Below, piece by piece: positions 20,107 through 30,726 of a DNA stretch of 64,000 nucleotides. The DNA comes from a virus (Duplodnaviria > Heunggongvirae > Uroviricota > Caudoviricetes). The stretch's first letter is position 1, and each line of letters opens with the position of its first letter. The notes beneath the pieces are model-generated. The model was not told where the DNA came from and made no database searches. It was given only the letters and a program-made list of their open reading frames with translations. The translations under genes were made by a program, and so were the position numbers. The stretch lies in the IMG/VR virus record IMGVR_UViG_2639762987_000002. One strand, given 5' to 3'.

Positions 20107-20982
20107 ATGCCATTACTGCGTGAAGAAGCTGAAAAGCTGTCTAACAACGAACTTGAACAGGGTGTGATCGAAACTATCATCGATCGCGATGACCTGTTTG
20201 CCATCCTGCCTTTTATGAAAATTAATTCAAAGGCATATCTGTACAACCGTGAAAAAACGCTGAGTGAAGCTACCTTCATCGACGTTAACGACACCATCCC
20301 TGAAGGTGCAGCAACCTTCGAAGAATGCGTTGCGAAACTGCGTATTCTGGCTGGTGACGTAGACGTTGATAAATTCCTGGCGACCACTATGGCCGACACC
20401 AACAACCAGTTGGCTATTCAGGTTCGTCAGAAAGTTAAAGGTCTGGCTCGTGCGTTCCGTCGCAACCTGATTTTGGGTGACTCCAGCTCCAACAACAAGG
20501 CGTTTGACGGCATTCCACGCCTGATGCACGCAGATCAGAAGATCGATATCGCCGGTGCATCTATGACTTTCTCTATGTTCGACGAACTGGTCGATGCGGT
20601 GAAAGATCTTGGTGCTGACTGCATCATGATGCGTTCAGAGCACCTGCGTGCTTACCGTGCGCTGCTGCGTACAGTAAACGTAGGTCCGTCTGAAATCATG
20701 ATGGAGAACTTCGGTCGTCCGATGCTGTGTCATAACGGCGTTCCGTTCATCATCAACGACTTCATCCCGACCGATTCTGGCAAAGCAAGCATCTACTGCC
20801 TGCATCTGTCAGAAGAGAACGGCGTTACTGGTCTGTATGGCGGCGACAACGCAGGTATCGTTGTTGAAAACATTGGTACTGTACAGAACAAAGACGCAGT
20901 ACGTACCCGTGTGAAGTGGTACTGCTCTCTGGCGAATAAGCACGATAAGGCTATCGCTGCACTGACCAATGTAAAAATTTAA
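20107..20982 (+). CDS. major capsid protein (291 aa)
   Basis: Position after scaffold, typical size, strong terminator downstream. Confidence 0.65.
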   Translation: MPLLREEAEKLSNNELEQGVIETIIDRDDLFAILPFMKINSKAYLYNREKTLSEATFIDVNDTIPEGAATFEECVAKLRILAGDVDVDKFLATTMADTNNQLAIQVRQKVKGLARAFRRNLILGDSSSNNKAFDGIPRLMHADQKIDIAGASMTFSMFDELVDAVKDLGADCIMMRSEHLRAYRALLRTVNVGPSEIMMENFGRPMLCHNGVPFIINDFIPTDSGKASIYCLHLSEENGVTGLYGGDNAGIVVENIGTVQNKDAVRTRVKWYCSLANKHDKAIAALTNVKI

Positions 20983-21016
20983 TCAGTGTAGTAGATAAGT
21001 AGTTATCTATGTTAAA

Positions 21017-21043
21017 GGGTGGGCTATACGCCCACCCTTTTTG
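21017..21043 (+). terminator. Rho-independent terminator
   Basis: Hairpin gggtgggctatacgcccaccc followed by ttttt. Confidence 0.8.
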
Positions 21044-21055
21044 TAGGAGCGAGAA

Positions 21056-21976
21056 ATGCCAGAACAAAAGATGAAGATTACGGAAGAGGCATTTTCGGAT
21101 TTTACGGGGCATATGTGCCGTGCCGGATTTACCAATTCTATCTCCGATGAACCTTTAACCGAGCGGCAACAAAGTCAGCTATCTGCTTGTTTGCAGGCGG
21201 TTCCCCTCTCCCAATCCGTAAACATAACCCCGGCTTCACCGTCAGTTTTGGTTGGGAAAACTGTTCAACTTAGTGCAGGTATTAGTATGGGTAAGAGTGC
21301 CAGTTCATTCACCTGGAAGTCAGCCAATGACCAAATTGCAACCGTTAACGGCACTGGATTAGTAACTGGCGTAGCCCCAGGCAAAGTAAAAATTACTGCA
21401 ACTGATCAGGAAACCCAGCTTTCCGCTTCAGTGGAAGTCACCGTAAATCCGGTAGCCGTTCAATCCGTAACGGTAACGCCAGACTCAACCTCTGTTGAGA
21501 AAGGAAAATCAGTCAGTCTGAAAGCGAATGTTCAGCCGTCAAATGCGACGAATAAGGCTGTTACCTGGTCTTCCAAAAATGAAGATAAGGCAACGGTAGA
21601 CCAGAGCGGGAACGTAACTGGTGTAGAAGTTGGCACTGCGACGATTGAGATCGTTTCCCAAGATGGTAGCAAAAAGGCAACTGCAACGGTGGAAGTAACT
21701 GCGCCTGTTGTGGCTGTTACCGGCGTCGAAATCGGCCCAAATAGCACAACCGTTGAGGCAAACAAAACTGTTCAGCTGACAGCAAATGTCGAGCCGGCAG
21801 GAGCCACAAATAAAACCGTTACTTGGGAATCTAAAAATACCGAGTTTGCAACGGTTGACAGCGAAACCGGTGTTGTAACTGGTGTTGCGGCTGGTACTGC
21901 CACAATCGAGGTTACTACCCAAGATGGTAGCCACAAAGCGACAGCGACCGTACAAGTCACTGCTGCACAGGAATAA
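21056..21976 (+). CDS. Ig-like (Big_2-type) repeat protein, likely head decoration (306 aa)
   Basis: Three repeats of the pattern KAVTWSSKN...ATV...GTATIEIVSQDGSKKATATVEVTA. Confidence 0.6.
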   Translation: MPEQKMKITEEAFSDFTGHMCRAGFTNSISDEPLTERQQSQLSACLQAVPLSQSVNITPASPSVLVGKTVQLSAGISMGKSASSFTWKSANDQIATVNGTGLVTGVAPGKVKITATDQETQLSASVEVTVNPVAVQSVTVTPDSTSVEKGKSVSLKANVQPSNATNKAVTWSSKNEDKATVDQSGNVTGVEVGTATIEIVSQDGSKKATATVEVTAPVVAVTGVEIGPNSTTVEANKTVQLTANVEPAGATNKTVTWESKNTEFATVDSETGVVTGVAAGTATIEVTTQDGSHKATATVQVTAAQE

Positions 21977-22020
21977 TCAATATTGGGCGGCGAAAGCCGC
22001 CCATGTAGAGAGAATGCGTT

Positions 22021-22455
22021 ATGAAACCAGCAAAAATTGTTTTATTAGAACCGCAATTTTCCGGTTATTCGGGAATGTTGTGCGGCGTTCAGTTCGAGAA
22101 CGGGGTGTCCGTAGCGGAGTTGCCTTTTATCGATCAGCAAAGGATTTGTGCCTCAATGCGAGCATCAACAGTCGAGGGCAAAAATGTTTCTCCGTCTGCC
22201 GCATACAGTGATCGTGGCGAGTTGACCGCAGACCTGATTACCGAGCCAGCAGCACCTGACATTGTGCCAATGAAACGTGGGACACCAGATGAACCGGCCA
22301 AACAGATCCAGACTTTCACACGAGAAGAGTTGGAGTCAATTGCAGACAATGAAGGCATTGCCGGTCTACGTGTGATTGGTAATCAGGTTGGTGTCAAAGC
22401 GAAAGGAATTGTCGAGATGATTGAAGGCATCCTGAAAGCACAAGGCGGTGAGTAA
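22021..22455 (+). CDS. hypothetical head-tail module protein (144 aa)
   Basis: ORF in structural operon. Confidence 0.5.
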   Translation: MKPAKIVLLEPQFSGYSGMLCGVQFENGVSVAELPFIDQQRICASMRASTVEGKNVSPSAAYSDRGELTADLITEPAAPDIVPMKRGTPDEPAKQIQTFTREELESIADNEGIAGLRVIGNQVGVKAKGIVEMIEGILKAQGGE

Positions 22456-23288
22456 TGGCGCAGATCGACTCGTATCGCAGCGGTGAAGCTGTTTCCCTTT
22501 CATTTGCCTTCAACGTGCTGGATATCGAATCTGCTACCTACACAGTAAAGGACAGCACCGGGGCTATTCTCGTTGATGGCGAGCCGCTAGAAATTACCAG
22601 CGGTCAAATGTCGATTCCGGTTGTCGTGTCGGCTGAATATAACCAGCTCTCTGAGAAAGAGCGAGATCTGCGGTACGTCATTGTGAAGGCTGTTGCATCG
22701 GGTCTGACGCATGAAGAGCGGCAAATGTATGTTCTGCTGAATAGTTTTGAACTGTCGATACCAGAACAGTCGTTTGCAACTGTCGCTGATGCTCAAATGC
22801 AGGCGATCGATATGCTGAATGGGGACACTTTGCTGTCGGATGGTGAAGGCTTAATGCGCAAGCGTCTCATTGAGGCTACCAGACGAATTAAAACTTTACC
22901 GTTCTCAATCCGCAAAATTCTACGTATCGACTTTGACCGATACGATCGCCCTCAAAATATGCTGAATGTGTATGACATTCCGTGGGGAGCAGATGGAGCG
23001 TACCGGCATGATTTAGTCGATTGGGAAAAGATGACGCAGGAGAAGTTTGAAGAGTTCCCTGACCACTTCAAAGAAGCGTTGATGCTTGCCGTTGTCAACG
23101 AAGCGTGTGAGATCGCAAATGGCAATGATGTAGCCGCAGCACGAGAGGATGGCATTTTGTCAGAGTCCATCGGTGAAACAACCAACATGTACCGTACCGG
23201 TAAAGCTGCAAACGTGCATGTGGCTCGTAGTACCTGGCGCTTGCTGGTCAGTTACATCAACAACCGTATGATTGTTCGCCGTGCGTAA
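22455..23288 (+). CDS. hypothetical head-tail module protein (277 aa)
   Basis: ORF; start overlaps previous stop. Confidence 0.5.
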   Translation: MAQIDSYRSGEAVSLSFAFNVLDIESATYTVKDSTGAILVDGEPLEITSGQMSIPVVVSAEYNQLSEKERDLRYVIVKAVASGLTHEERQMYVLLNSFELSIPEQSFATVADAQMQAIDMLNGDTLLSDGEGLMRKRLIEATRRIKTLPFSIRKILRIDFDRYDRPQNMLNVYDIPWGADGAYRHDLVDWEKMTQEKFEEFPDHFKEALMLAVVNEACEIANGNDVAAAREDGILSESIGETTNMYRTGKAANVHVARSTWRLLVSYINNRMIVRRA

Positions 23289-23367
23289 CGCCAGTCGCAT
23301 TATTTACTTTTGGTCTAAAGGGTTTTTGGCCAGTAATGAGAGCGACCGACAACAACAGGGAGAGAGC

Positions 23368-23712
23368 ATGAATATTTCATGGCAAACAGAAATTGCGATC
23401 TACCGCTTTGGCGCAAAGAACGTTTACGGTGAGGCGCAATTACAATTCGTCAGGAAGACGAATGTCGGCGTGGTTAAGTTCGAACAGAGTAATGAGAAAT
23501 CGTCAGTTCGTGCTGATAGCTCTGGTAGTCGTGGTAAGGCGAGTCTGGAGCTGTTTGATGCTGTGTTAGTTGTCCCTTTAGAAGCGGCTGTACAACTTGA
23601 TGATGTACTGATCCTTGAAGGTCAAAAATTAAAGGTGTCCAGTGTTCATCGCCGCTGGGGGCTACGAGGAAGACCTGGGCATCTTGAAGTAGGGGCGAAT
23701 ATATGGGTCTGA
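23368..23712 (+). CDS. hypothetical head-tail joining protein (114 aa)
   Basis: ORF; ATG 23368 after RBS gggagagag (the listed ORF starts at 23272). Confidence 0.5.
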   Translation: MNISWQTEIAIYRFGAKNVYGEAQLQFVRKTNVGVVKFEQSNEKSSVRADSSGSRGKASLELFDAVLVVPLEAAVQLDDVLILEGQKLKVSSVHRRWGLRGRPGHLEVGANIWV

Positions 23713-24176
23713 AATACGATGCGCATCAGTTCAAACGTGCGGGGAATAGACTCAATAACAGCCAGAAAGCATTTAAGCGATATCTTATTCGGGACATGGA
23801 AAAGCTGGCGCGTTTGGTTGAGCGTCTCAGCCGTGCAATGGCCCCGCTGGAAACCGGATCTCTGGAGACAGCCATCTTTGCCAGGGTGATTAAAGAAGGT
23901 TATTCAGGGCTGCGCATTGAGCTTTCTGTGTCTGGAGCAAAACCACGTCAGGGGCATCCGGGCGTAGAAGTCGGTGACTATGCTAAGTACATGGAGCTGG
24001 GTAAATACCGACTCGGTTATCTTTCTCGAATGAAGAACGTGACAAACCCACCAATTGCCGGTGTTAAACCCCGTGTTGGGCCACACTTTCTGGAAAGAGC
24101 GGTGGAAATTAGCGAGAAGCAGTTCTCAGAAGCGATTCTTGAGGCTGCCAGAAAAGCCGGATTTACGAGAGGTTAA
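23703..24176 (+). CDS. hypothetical head-tail module protein (157 aa)
   Basis: ORF. Confidence 0.5.
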   Translation: MGLKYDAHQFKRAGNRLNNSQKAFKRYLIRDMEKLARLVERLSRAMAPLETGSLETAIFARVIKEGYSGLRIELSVSGAKPRQGHPGVEVGDYAKYMELGKYRLGYLSRMKNVTNPPIAGVKPRVGPHFLERAVEISEKQFSEAILEAARKAGFTRG

Positions 24177-24177
24177 T

Positions 24178-24561
24178 GTGTTTATTGAAGCGTTTGCAAG
24201 TTTGATGCAGAAGGCAAAGATTGGCACGGTCGGGACTGACATTTTCTGTCACTACTTGCCTGCCAATGTGAAATCTGGCGTCCTGCTTATTAACCCAAAT
24301 ACCGGTATCAGCATCGATCATGAGCTACAGGGCTTTTATCACGAATCATTCACAATCATTGTGCGTGGTTCGTCAATTACTACGACGGTTGAGAAAGCCA
24401 ATAAAATCATTGAGATGTTTCCAGTAGAGGAAACGGAATCTGGTGGTGTTTATTTTCGACTTGTACGACCGATGGCGATGCCAATCATTTATCCCAAAAA
24501 TGATGGAGCATTAATAGAAGCAGGCATTCCTGTTGAATTTGCTGGCTATTTATTGAATTAG
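24178..24561 (+). CDS. hypothetical tail completion-like protein (127 aa)
   Basis: GTG 24178 after RBS agagg; the listed 24055 start would overlap the upstream gene by 120 nt. Confidence 0.45.
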   Translation: MFIEAFASLMQKAKIGTVGTDIFCHYLPANVKSGVLLINPNTGISIDHELQGFYHESFTIIVRGSSITTTVEKANKIIEMFPVEETESGGVYFRLVRPMAMPIIYPKNDGALIEAGIPVEFAGYLLN

Positions 24562-24635
24562 GTTAATCGGTAAGTATATACTTACTGTTAGCGCAATGAA
24601 TGCGTAGAATTAACGGAAAAAGGAGTTTTCCATCA

Positions 24636-25382
24636 ATGTCTAATACCCATGTAAAAAACATCAAACTTGGTGCCTGTAAGGTGTCGTTTGGTGGTGTGGA
24701 TTTGGGTTACACCAAAGGTGGTGTTCAGGTTGAAGTAGCCACTGAAACGCTGAAAGTCACCGTCGATCAGTTGGGGCAGACCGTAATTTCCGAATTAGTT
24801 CAGGGGCGCAACATTACCATCACCGCGCCTCTGGCTGAGTCTGTACTCCAAAACATGGTTGACCTGATGCCTGGTTCTACTCTGAGCGAAGATGACAGCT
24901 CTGTCACGATCACATCTGCACAGGGCGTTAACCTGATTGATGTGGCGAAGGAGCTGGTTCTGACTCCGCAGGACACCACCGACTATGTGTTGACCATCCC
25001 GAAAGCGGCAACCGCGGGCAACTTCACTATGACCTACCAGTCTGATGATGTTCGTGTGTTCTCTGTTCAGTTCAGCGCATACCCGGATGATGAAGGCGTT
25101 CTGGGCAAAATGAGCGGTCCTAAACCGGTAAAAACCGTGTCGATCAAACCGGAATCTCCAACTGTAAAAGCAGGGGAGACTGTGCAACTGACAGCCGAAA
25201 TCACTCCAGCTGATGCCGCAGACAAAACCGGTGTTTGGGAATCCGAAGACCAGGAAAAGGCCACGGTAGATCAAACTGGTCTGGTACGTGGTGTGGCGCA
25301 GGGTTCTACAAATATCTCCTTCACCAGCAATAGCGGTGGTAAGAAGGCTACTAAGTCAGTAACGATTAACTCCGCAGGTTAA
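24636..25382 (+). CDS. major tail protein with C-terminal Ig-like domain (248 aa)
   Basis: C-terminal Big_2-like segment as in lambda gpV; position before the chaperone pair and tape measure; perfect 16-bp palindrome gtaagtatatacttac upstream. Confidence 0.65.
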   Translation: MSNTHVKNIKLGACKVSFGGVDLGYTKGGVQVEVATETLKVTVDQLGQTVISELVQGRNITITAPLAESVLQNMVDLMPGSTLSEDDSSVTITSAQGVNLIDVAKELVLTPQDTTDYVLTIPKAATAGNFTMTYQSDDVRVFSVQFSAYPDDEGVLGKMSGPKPVKTVSIKPESPTVKAGETVQLTAEITPADAADKTGVWESEDQEKATVDQTGLVRGVAQGSTNISFTSNSGGKKATKSVTINSAG

Positions 25383-25395
25383 TCAGTAATTAAGC

Positions 25396-25421
25396 AGAGG
25401 CTCAGGATGAGCCTCTCTTTT
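25396..25421 (+). terminator. Rho-independent terminator or attenuator
   Basis: Hairpin agaggctcaggatgagcctct followed by ctttt. Confidence 0.6.
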
Positions 25422-25437
25422 AAAAGGATTTTAACCA

Positions 25438-25755
25438 ATGACCAAATTACTCGATCTCGATTCCATTCTGCCTCCGAAGAAAAGCATCAAATTTGGCGGT
25501 CAGGAATATCCCATCGTTGAAATGACGGTAGGTCTGTTCGTTTCCATCAAGCAGATGGAAGGCAAAGATCTCATGAACATGTCTCCTGTTGAGCAAGTGA
25601 CAGCTTATGCAGATCTGGTTCGTAAGGTTATCCCTTCAGTACCTGACGAAGTTCTTGAAAAACTGACTGTTCCGCAACTCCAGCAGATCTTCACCTTCGC
25701 TATGGAAGTGATTGATGAAGAAAACGAAAAAGCGGCTGGCGAAGGGGCAAAGTAA
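25438..25755 (+). CDS. tail assembly chaperone (G-like, 105 aa)
   Basis: Acidic small protein immediately upstream of the tape measure gene. Confidence 0.6.
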   Translation: MTKLLDLDSILPPKKSIKFGGQEYPIVEMTVGLFVSIKQMEGKDLMNMSPVEQVTAYADLVRKVIPSVPDEVLEKLTVPQLQQIFTFAMEVIDEENEKAAGEGAK

Positions 25756-26105
25756 TTTCCCGCGATGAATCCGGGACAAGGACCGTCTCAATAGATCTCG
25801 GATTCTATTTCAGTCGTGTAGTTGCTCACTACGCCGTGTCGCCATTAGAGCTACTGAACGTTCCTCTCACGATGTTCTGGATGCTCAGTCGCAATATAGA
25901 CCGTCTGCGTGCGGAAGAGGATGTCCGCAACTTACAAGTCGCTCGTGCGTCCCAGGCGGATGGCGAGGCTGTGAAGGCGTTCATGGAGGGTTTGCAACTC
26001 AGGATTGGAAGACCAGTCGTAACAGATAAAGTCTACGATCCAAGCCAGGATAAGGCAGACCCTGACGCCAAAGAGCAACTGATGCAAATATTTGGCAGAG
26101 GATGA
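25719..26105 (+). CDS. tail assembly chaperone extension (GT-like), putatively reached by -1 frameshift
   Basis: The -1 frame is open from 25719 and overlaps the last ~35 nt of the upstream gene; the listed ORF 25836 starts with GTG and has no RBS. Confidence 0.45.
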   Translation, partial: RKRKSGWRRGKVISRDESGTRTVSIDLGFYFSRVVAHYAVSPLELLNVPLTMFWMLSRNIDRLRAEEDVRNLQVARASQADGEAVKAFMEGLQLRIGRPVVTDKVYDPSQDKADPDAKEQLMQIFGRG

Positions 26106-29100
26106 CAAGGGAATGTCACAAAACGTAGAGTTTATCCTGTCGCTGGAAGACAAACAGTTTACAGCGTCAATCGATCGTGCGGGGAAACTGCTTACTCGAT
26201 TTGGTGAGCAGGTAACAAAGCCTGCTCAAAAAATCCAAACCTTTGAACGCTCTTTGGGTTCGGTCGCCCGTATCATTGGCGTTCTGGAAAGCAAGCTCGA
26301 TTCTACGGCAGATAAACTACAGGATGTAGCTGCCGGTTTTGAGCTTGCTTCAGATGCTACGCGTAAAATGCGTGGCAACATCACCAGCCTCAATTCTGGT
26401 CTTAAAGCCCTGATTGAGCGCGTCGATACGACAACTTCTTCAGTAGATAAACTCACCGCGTCATTACGTAAAGTGCAATCAGAGCTAAATGATTTCTCTG
26501 ATTGGGCGACCTATGCAAGCAAAAGCGCAAGCCGCTTTGGTACGGAGGTCAAAGAAGCCTCTGCGTCCGTGAGTGGCATGAATACGCGCCTTAATACCAC
26601 GACGAAGCGACTCAGTAATTGGGGTGTCACAACGAGTCAGGCTGCCGAGGGACTGAAAAAGGTTCGTGAGCAGATGGACGAAGTTATCGGACGTCAGCAA
26701 CTGATTAGCAAGCCGGTACGCGTTCGTACATCTGGAAGTGGTGATGGTGGTAGCGGGCGGCGTAGCGGCGCTTCTGGCCATAGCGGTAAAAGTAACGAAG
26801 GAGGTATGTTCTCTGGCCTGCGTGGCAACATTTTCCTGCTTGGCGAGATCGGAGATGCAGCCAGAACGGTTACTGACATCATGTTTGGGTGGCAGAAGCC
26901 TATTGTTGAAGCTGCGGCCGAAATGGAACGTATGCGGGTGATGCTTCGAGGGTTGAATAAGGAGAAGTCCAACCCGGGCCAGGCTGCCGCTGATGATATG
27001 AAGTACATCGTAGACATGGCTCAAAATGCGCCGTTCGCGATGCAGGCGTTAACAGACTCCTTCGTGAAGTTTCGTTCTGCTGGCTTAGATCCAACCGATG
27101 GTTCTCTGAAGGCGCTGGTGGACTCCGTTGCTCGTTTTGGTGGTGATAGTGAGCTGTTGAAACGTGCGGCTGTGGCCGTTCAGCAGATGTCCGGTAAGGG
27201 CGTCGTGTCAATGGAAGAGCTACGTCAGCAATTAGGTGAAGCCGTTCCTAACGCGATGCAGGCAATGGCAGACGCCGCAGGCATCACTATGGGGGAACTG
27301 ACTAAAGCCGTTGCCAGCGGTACGGTTGAGGCAAAGCAGGCGTTGTCTCTGATGTTTGTTGGTCTGCGTGCGGAGAACGAGAACGCAGCGAAAGACATGA
27401 TGCAAACCTACACAGGTGCGCTGGCGCAACTTCAGACGTCATTCACGTTATTTGCTGATCGGGTTGGTCAGGCCGGATATCTGGATTCTCTATCGAAGGG
27501 GATGAAAGAACTGGCTTCAATCATGAATAGCGCCGAAGGGATTTCGTTTGCCAATTCTTTAGGTTCGGGGTTAACAACGGCAATCGATGGGTTGCGTCAG
27601 CTTGCTCAATGGTTAGCAAAGAACCAAGAGTTGGTAATTAATCTCGGTAAGGTCGTGGCCGCGATGGTTGCGTTCAAACTGATGCGAGCAGGGATCATGG
27701 GGGTAGTTGGCGCTGGGAGCCAGATGGTTAGCACCTTTGCCACGATGGCGACCGCCATACAGACTCCATTTAACCTCGGCGCTACAGCAGTAACTCGATT
27801 CAATCGTGCGGCACGTATGGGGCTGGCTCCGATCCCCTCTCTTATTTTCGCCATCCGTGGGGCGATTACGGGGCTTAAAGGCGCTTTTGCTGGATTAACG
27901 GCGTTCATTGCAGCAAACCCTATAGGGGCAGCATTTACAGTTGCCACTGTAGCTGTTGCTGGCCTAATCACGTACATGACCATGCTCCGCAGCGAAACTT
28001 CAAAGGTCGTTGACGAGATTAGGAAAATACCAGAAGCGATGACAGCGGCCAAACGTGCACAAATGGCCGACCGCGCAGAAAAGCTCGAAAAGCAGATTCT
28101 TGCTGATCAACGAGCATTAAAAACTGGTGAGGGTGTTAATTACGTATCTAACTCTGCCGGTGTTATTACTCACAAAGAGTCGAAGGCTGACATCGAAGCA
28201 CGCCTGAAAAAAAATCAGGAAGAGTATCAAAAGATAACCGGCACGATAGCTCTTGGTGACGGCGCTGTAGCAAAGCGTTTGGCTAAAGAGGCTGCCGAAT
28301 CTCAGATTGAGAAAATTCGAGCGGAAAACCAGATTTTCGCGGCAACATTCGTGAAAGCCCGGCAGGAGGCTCTGGATAAGATCCAGAAAATCAATGATGA
28401 CGGTTCACTTTCAGATGACGAAAAGAACAAGCTATTGGCACCGTTACGTGAAACGGTAAACAAAAGCTATCTGGAGCCTGCGCAAAAACTGGTTGATTCA
28501 CTTTCTTCTCGTAAGAATGCGACCGAGAAGCAAATCGCGACTCTTAATGATCAGCTTGAAAAAGCCAAAAAGGATGGCAATACCGAGCAAATCCAGAAAC
28601 TGCAAGGCAGTATTCGTGGTTATCAGGAGCATTTGGAAGCCGTTGCTCAGGAGCTGACTCAGGCAGAGTTCGAGAGAGATAACGCGGCCAAAACTGGTAA
28701 GGGCGTAATGTCAAACCAGGGGACTGTTCTTGGGTTAGGTACAACTGATAAAGCTGCTCAGAAGGCGCTGGCGCAATATATGCGAAACCAGATGGATTCT
28801 GCGACTTATCAACGTACTTTGCCTGACGGCACTCCGATGATGGACTTCGAAGGTAAGCCGATTATTGGGCCTAAACAACTCAAGACGCAGCTTAATTTGC
28901 AGAAAGCATCCAGCGCCAGCTCTCTAGAGAAAATGAGCGATGAAGAGCGTGCCGCAGCCATTGCTGCACTGACTAAAGCTCGTGAACAGGATGCAGCAGC
29001 TGCCGAGAAAGCAGCCCAACGATCAGCTAACGCCTCGCAGCGTGCGGCCAAGAAGGAACAGGCAGCGCAACAGAAACTGGCAGCCGGATACCAGAAGGCT

Positions 29101-30684
29101 CTGGACAAAGCCGATCAGCTTATGGGGCAAATGGGTGAAAGCTCTAAGGCTACGGTATCGTTTGATCAGTCTCTTCGCGATACAACGAAATCGCTGACAG
29201 ATTTGGCTAATGCGGTACCTAACGAGTTCATCACTCAAGAGATGATCGACAAGGCGAAAAAACGTCTTGAAGACCTCAAAAATGCGACACCTGAATATCG
29301 CGAGATGTTTAATCGCCGCAATGTTGAGCAGATGATCTCCACTTGGGCACCGGAGGCGGATTCCATTATTAGTGCTGGCTATACGCCGTCTCGCGAAGAG
29401 AAAGTTGCTGATTTCGAAGACACCTACAACCGCAATCTCAAAGCGTTGATAGAACTTCGTGATAAGGCGTCTGATCCTAAAGTTGTGGCGTTTTATACAA
29501 AGAAAATCAATCAACTGATTGCTGCTGGCAATACCGCGCTTATTAAAGAGACGGGGACTGCGACGCAGAAGTTGGCACTGGAATACGAAAACCTGGCAGA
29601 GCAGATCGAAAGCACTTGGACTGATTTGTTTAGTGGCTTAACTGATGTCCTGACTGATTTCGTTATTAACGGGAAGATGAGCTTCTCCAGCCTATCTCAG
29701 TCCATTTTGAAAGATATCACCAATATGGTCGTGAAGTCGCAGATCACGCTGCCTCTAATGAACATGTTGGGGATGGGAACCACCGCTGCTGGTAGTTCAC
29801 AGAGTGGTAATTTGCTGACCGGGGTTGCTTCCGCCGTTGCCAATCAAGGGGTACGAATGGGCAACACTGTTAACGGCGACAAGTCTGTAGGAGAAGCCAC
29901 GAAGGAGACGTCCAGTTCGGTAACTGGATTGGGGCAAACAACACAGCAGACCACCAGCGCAATTGGCACAGCAACAAATGCGATTGGTAGCTGGGTATCG
30001 GGGCTATTTGATAGCACCGAAGCCAAAGATGCTGAGACAAAAGCAGTGAAGGACTCCATCTTCTCGATGCAGAACCTCAGCTCTGTTACCGGCGCGCTGT
30101 CTGCCGCGTTTGCAATGCTTGGAGCTAATGCTTCCGGCTCTGGTAATAAGTGGTTGAGTTTTGGAGCAACGGTTGCATCTGGTCTTGTTTCAGCTTGGGC
30201 TGGCGGTGGATTCGATGGATTGATGTCCGGTTCTTCTGGCTCAACTTCCGGGTTCAACAATCTGACCAGTTCTGCTGCCGATGGCACGAATGGTATTCCT
30301 GCAATTCCGAAGTTTGCAAATGGTGGCATATTCGGAAAAGACGGCGTGATCCCGCTCCGGGCATACCAGAAAGGCGGTATCGCCAACTCACCTCAATTGG
30401 CGTTGTTTGGGGAAGGCGATATGAATGAGGCGTATGTTCCATTGCCTGATGGCCGAACAATCCCTGTAACGCTCAGTACCGATGGTATGAGTGGAGGCGG
30501 AAATGTTCTTTCTCCTGTATCAATTGAGATCAACGTCCATAGTGACGGTAGCACGACAGAATCCGGCGATACAGAAAGCATATGGAACAATGCCGCTCAA
30601 CGGATGAAAGCAATCGCGCTTGAGACTATCGCTCAAGAGAAACGCCCTGGCGGATCACTCAACCCAAACACTCAACGTAACTAA
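26092..30684 (+). CDS. tail tape measure protein (1530 aa)
   Basis: Very long, coiled-coil and Gly/Ala/Ser-rich hydrophobic segments, position after the chaperone pair. Confidence 0.85.
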   Translation: MAEDDKGMSQNVEFILSLEDKQFTASIDRAGKLLTRFGEQVTKPAQKIQTFERSLGSVARIIGVLESKLDSTADKLQDVAAGFELASDATRKMRGNITSLNSGLKALIERVDTTTSSVDKLTASLRKVQSELNDFSDWATYASKSASRFGTEVKEASASVSGMNTRLNTTTKRLSNWGVTTSQAAEGLKKVREQMDEVIGRQQLISKPVRVRTSGSGDGGSGRRSGASGHSGKSNEGGMFSGLRGNIFLLGEIGDAARTVTDIMFGWQKPIVEAAAEMERMRVMLRGLNKEKSNPGQAAADDMKYIVDMAQNAPFAMQALTDSFVKFRSAGLDPTDGSLKALVDSVARFGGDSELLKRAAVAVQQMSGKGVVSMEELRQQLGEAVPNAMQAMADAAGITMGELTKAVASGTVEAKQALSLMFVGLRAENENAAKDMMQTYTGALAQLQTSFTLFADRVGQAGYLDSLSKGMKELASIMNSAEGISFANSLGSGLTTAIDGLRQLAQWLAKNQELVINLGKVVAAMVAFKLMRAGIMGVVGAGSQMVSTFATMATAIQTPFNLGATAVTRFNRAARMGLAPIPSLIFAIRGAITGLKGAFAGLTAFIAANPIGAAFTVATVAVAGLITYMTMLRSETSKVVDEIRKIPEAMTAAKRAQMADRAEKLEKQILADQRALKTGEGVNYVSNSAGVITHKESKADIEARLKKNQEEYQKITGTIALGDGAVAKRLAKEAAESQIEKIRAENQIFAATFVKARQEALDKIQKINDDGSLSDDEKNKLLAPLRETVNKSYLEPAQKLVDSLSSRKNATEKQIATLNDQLEKAKKDGNTEQIQKLQGSIRGYQEHLEAVAQELTQAEFERDNAAKTGKGVMSNQGTVLGLGTTDKAAQKALAQYMRNQMDSATYQRTLPDGTPMMDFEGKPIIGPKQLKTQLNLQKASSASSLEKMSDEERAAAIAALTKAREQDAAAAEKAAQRSANASQRAAKKEQAAQQKLAAGYQKALDKADQLMGQMGESSKATVSFDQSLRDTTKSLTDLANAVPNEFITQEMIDKAKKRLEDLKNATPEYREMFNRRNVEQMISTWAPEADSIISAGYTPSREEKVADFEDTYNRNLKALIELRDKASDPKVVAFYTKKINQLIAAGNTALIKETGTATQKLALEYENLAEQIESTWTDLFSGLTDVLTDFVINGKMSFSSLSQSILKDITNMVVKSQITLPLMNMLGMGTTAAGSSQSGNLLTGVASAVANQGVRMGNTVNGDKSVGEATKETSSSVTGLGQTTQQTTSAIGTATNAIGSWVSGLFDSTEAKDAETKAVKDSIFSMQNLSSVTGALSAAFAMLGANASGSGNKWLSFGATVASGLVSAWAGGGFDGLMSGSSGSTSGFNNLTSSAADGTNGIPAIPKFANGGIFGKDGVIPLRAYQKGGIANSPQLALFGEGDMNEAYVPLPDGRTIPVTLSTDGMSGGGNVLSPVSIEINVHSDGSTTESGDTESIWNNAAQRMKAIALETIAQEKRPGGSLNPNTQRN

Positions 30685-30726
30685 CTATCGACTGCCCCGA
30701 CCGGGGCAGTCTCACAAGGATGTGAG

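Noticed and set aside
26226-30590. Multiple antisense ORFs within the tape measure gene (e.g. 26485..27024, 27606..28052, 29023..29514, 29844..30386)
   Set aside because: Embedded in a long uninterrupted ORF with characteristic tape-measure composition; typical artefacts of a Gly/Ala-rich coding region.
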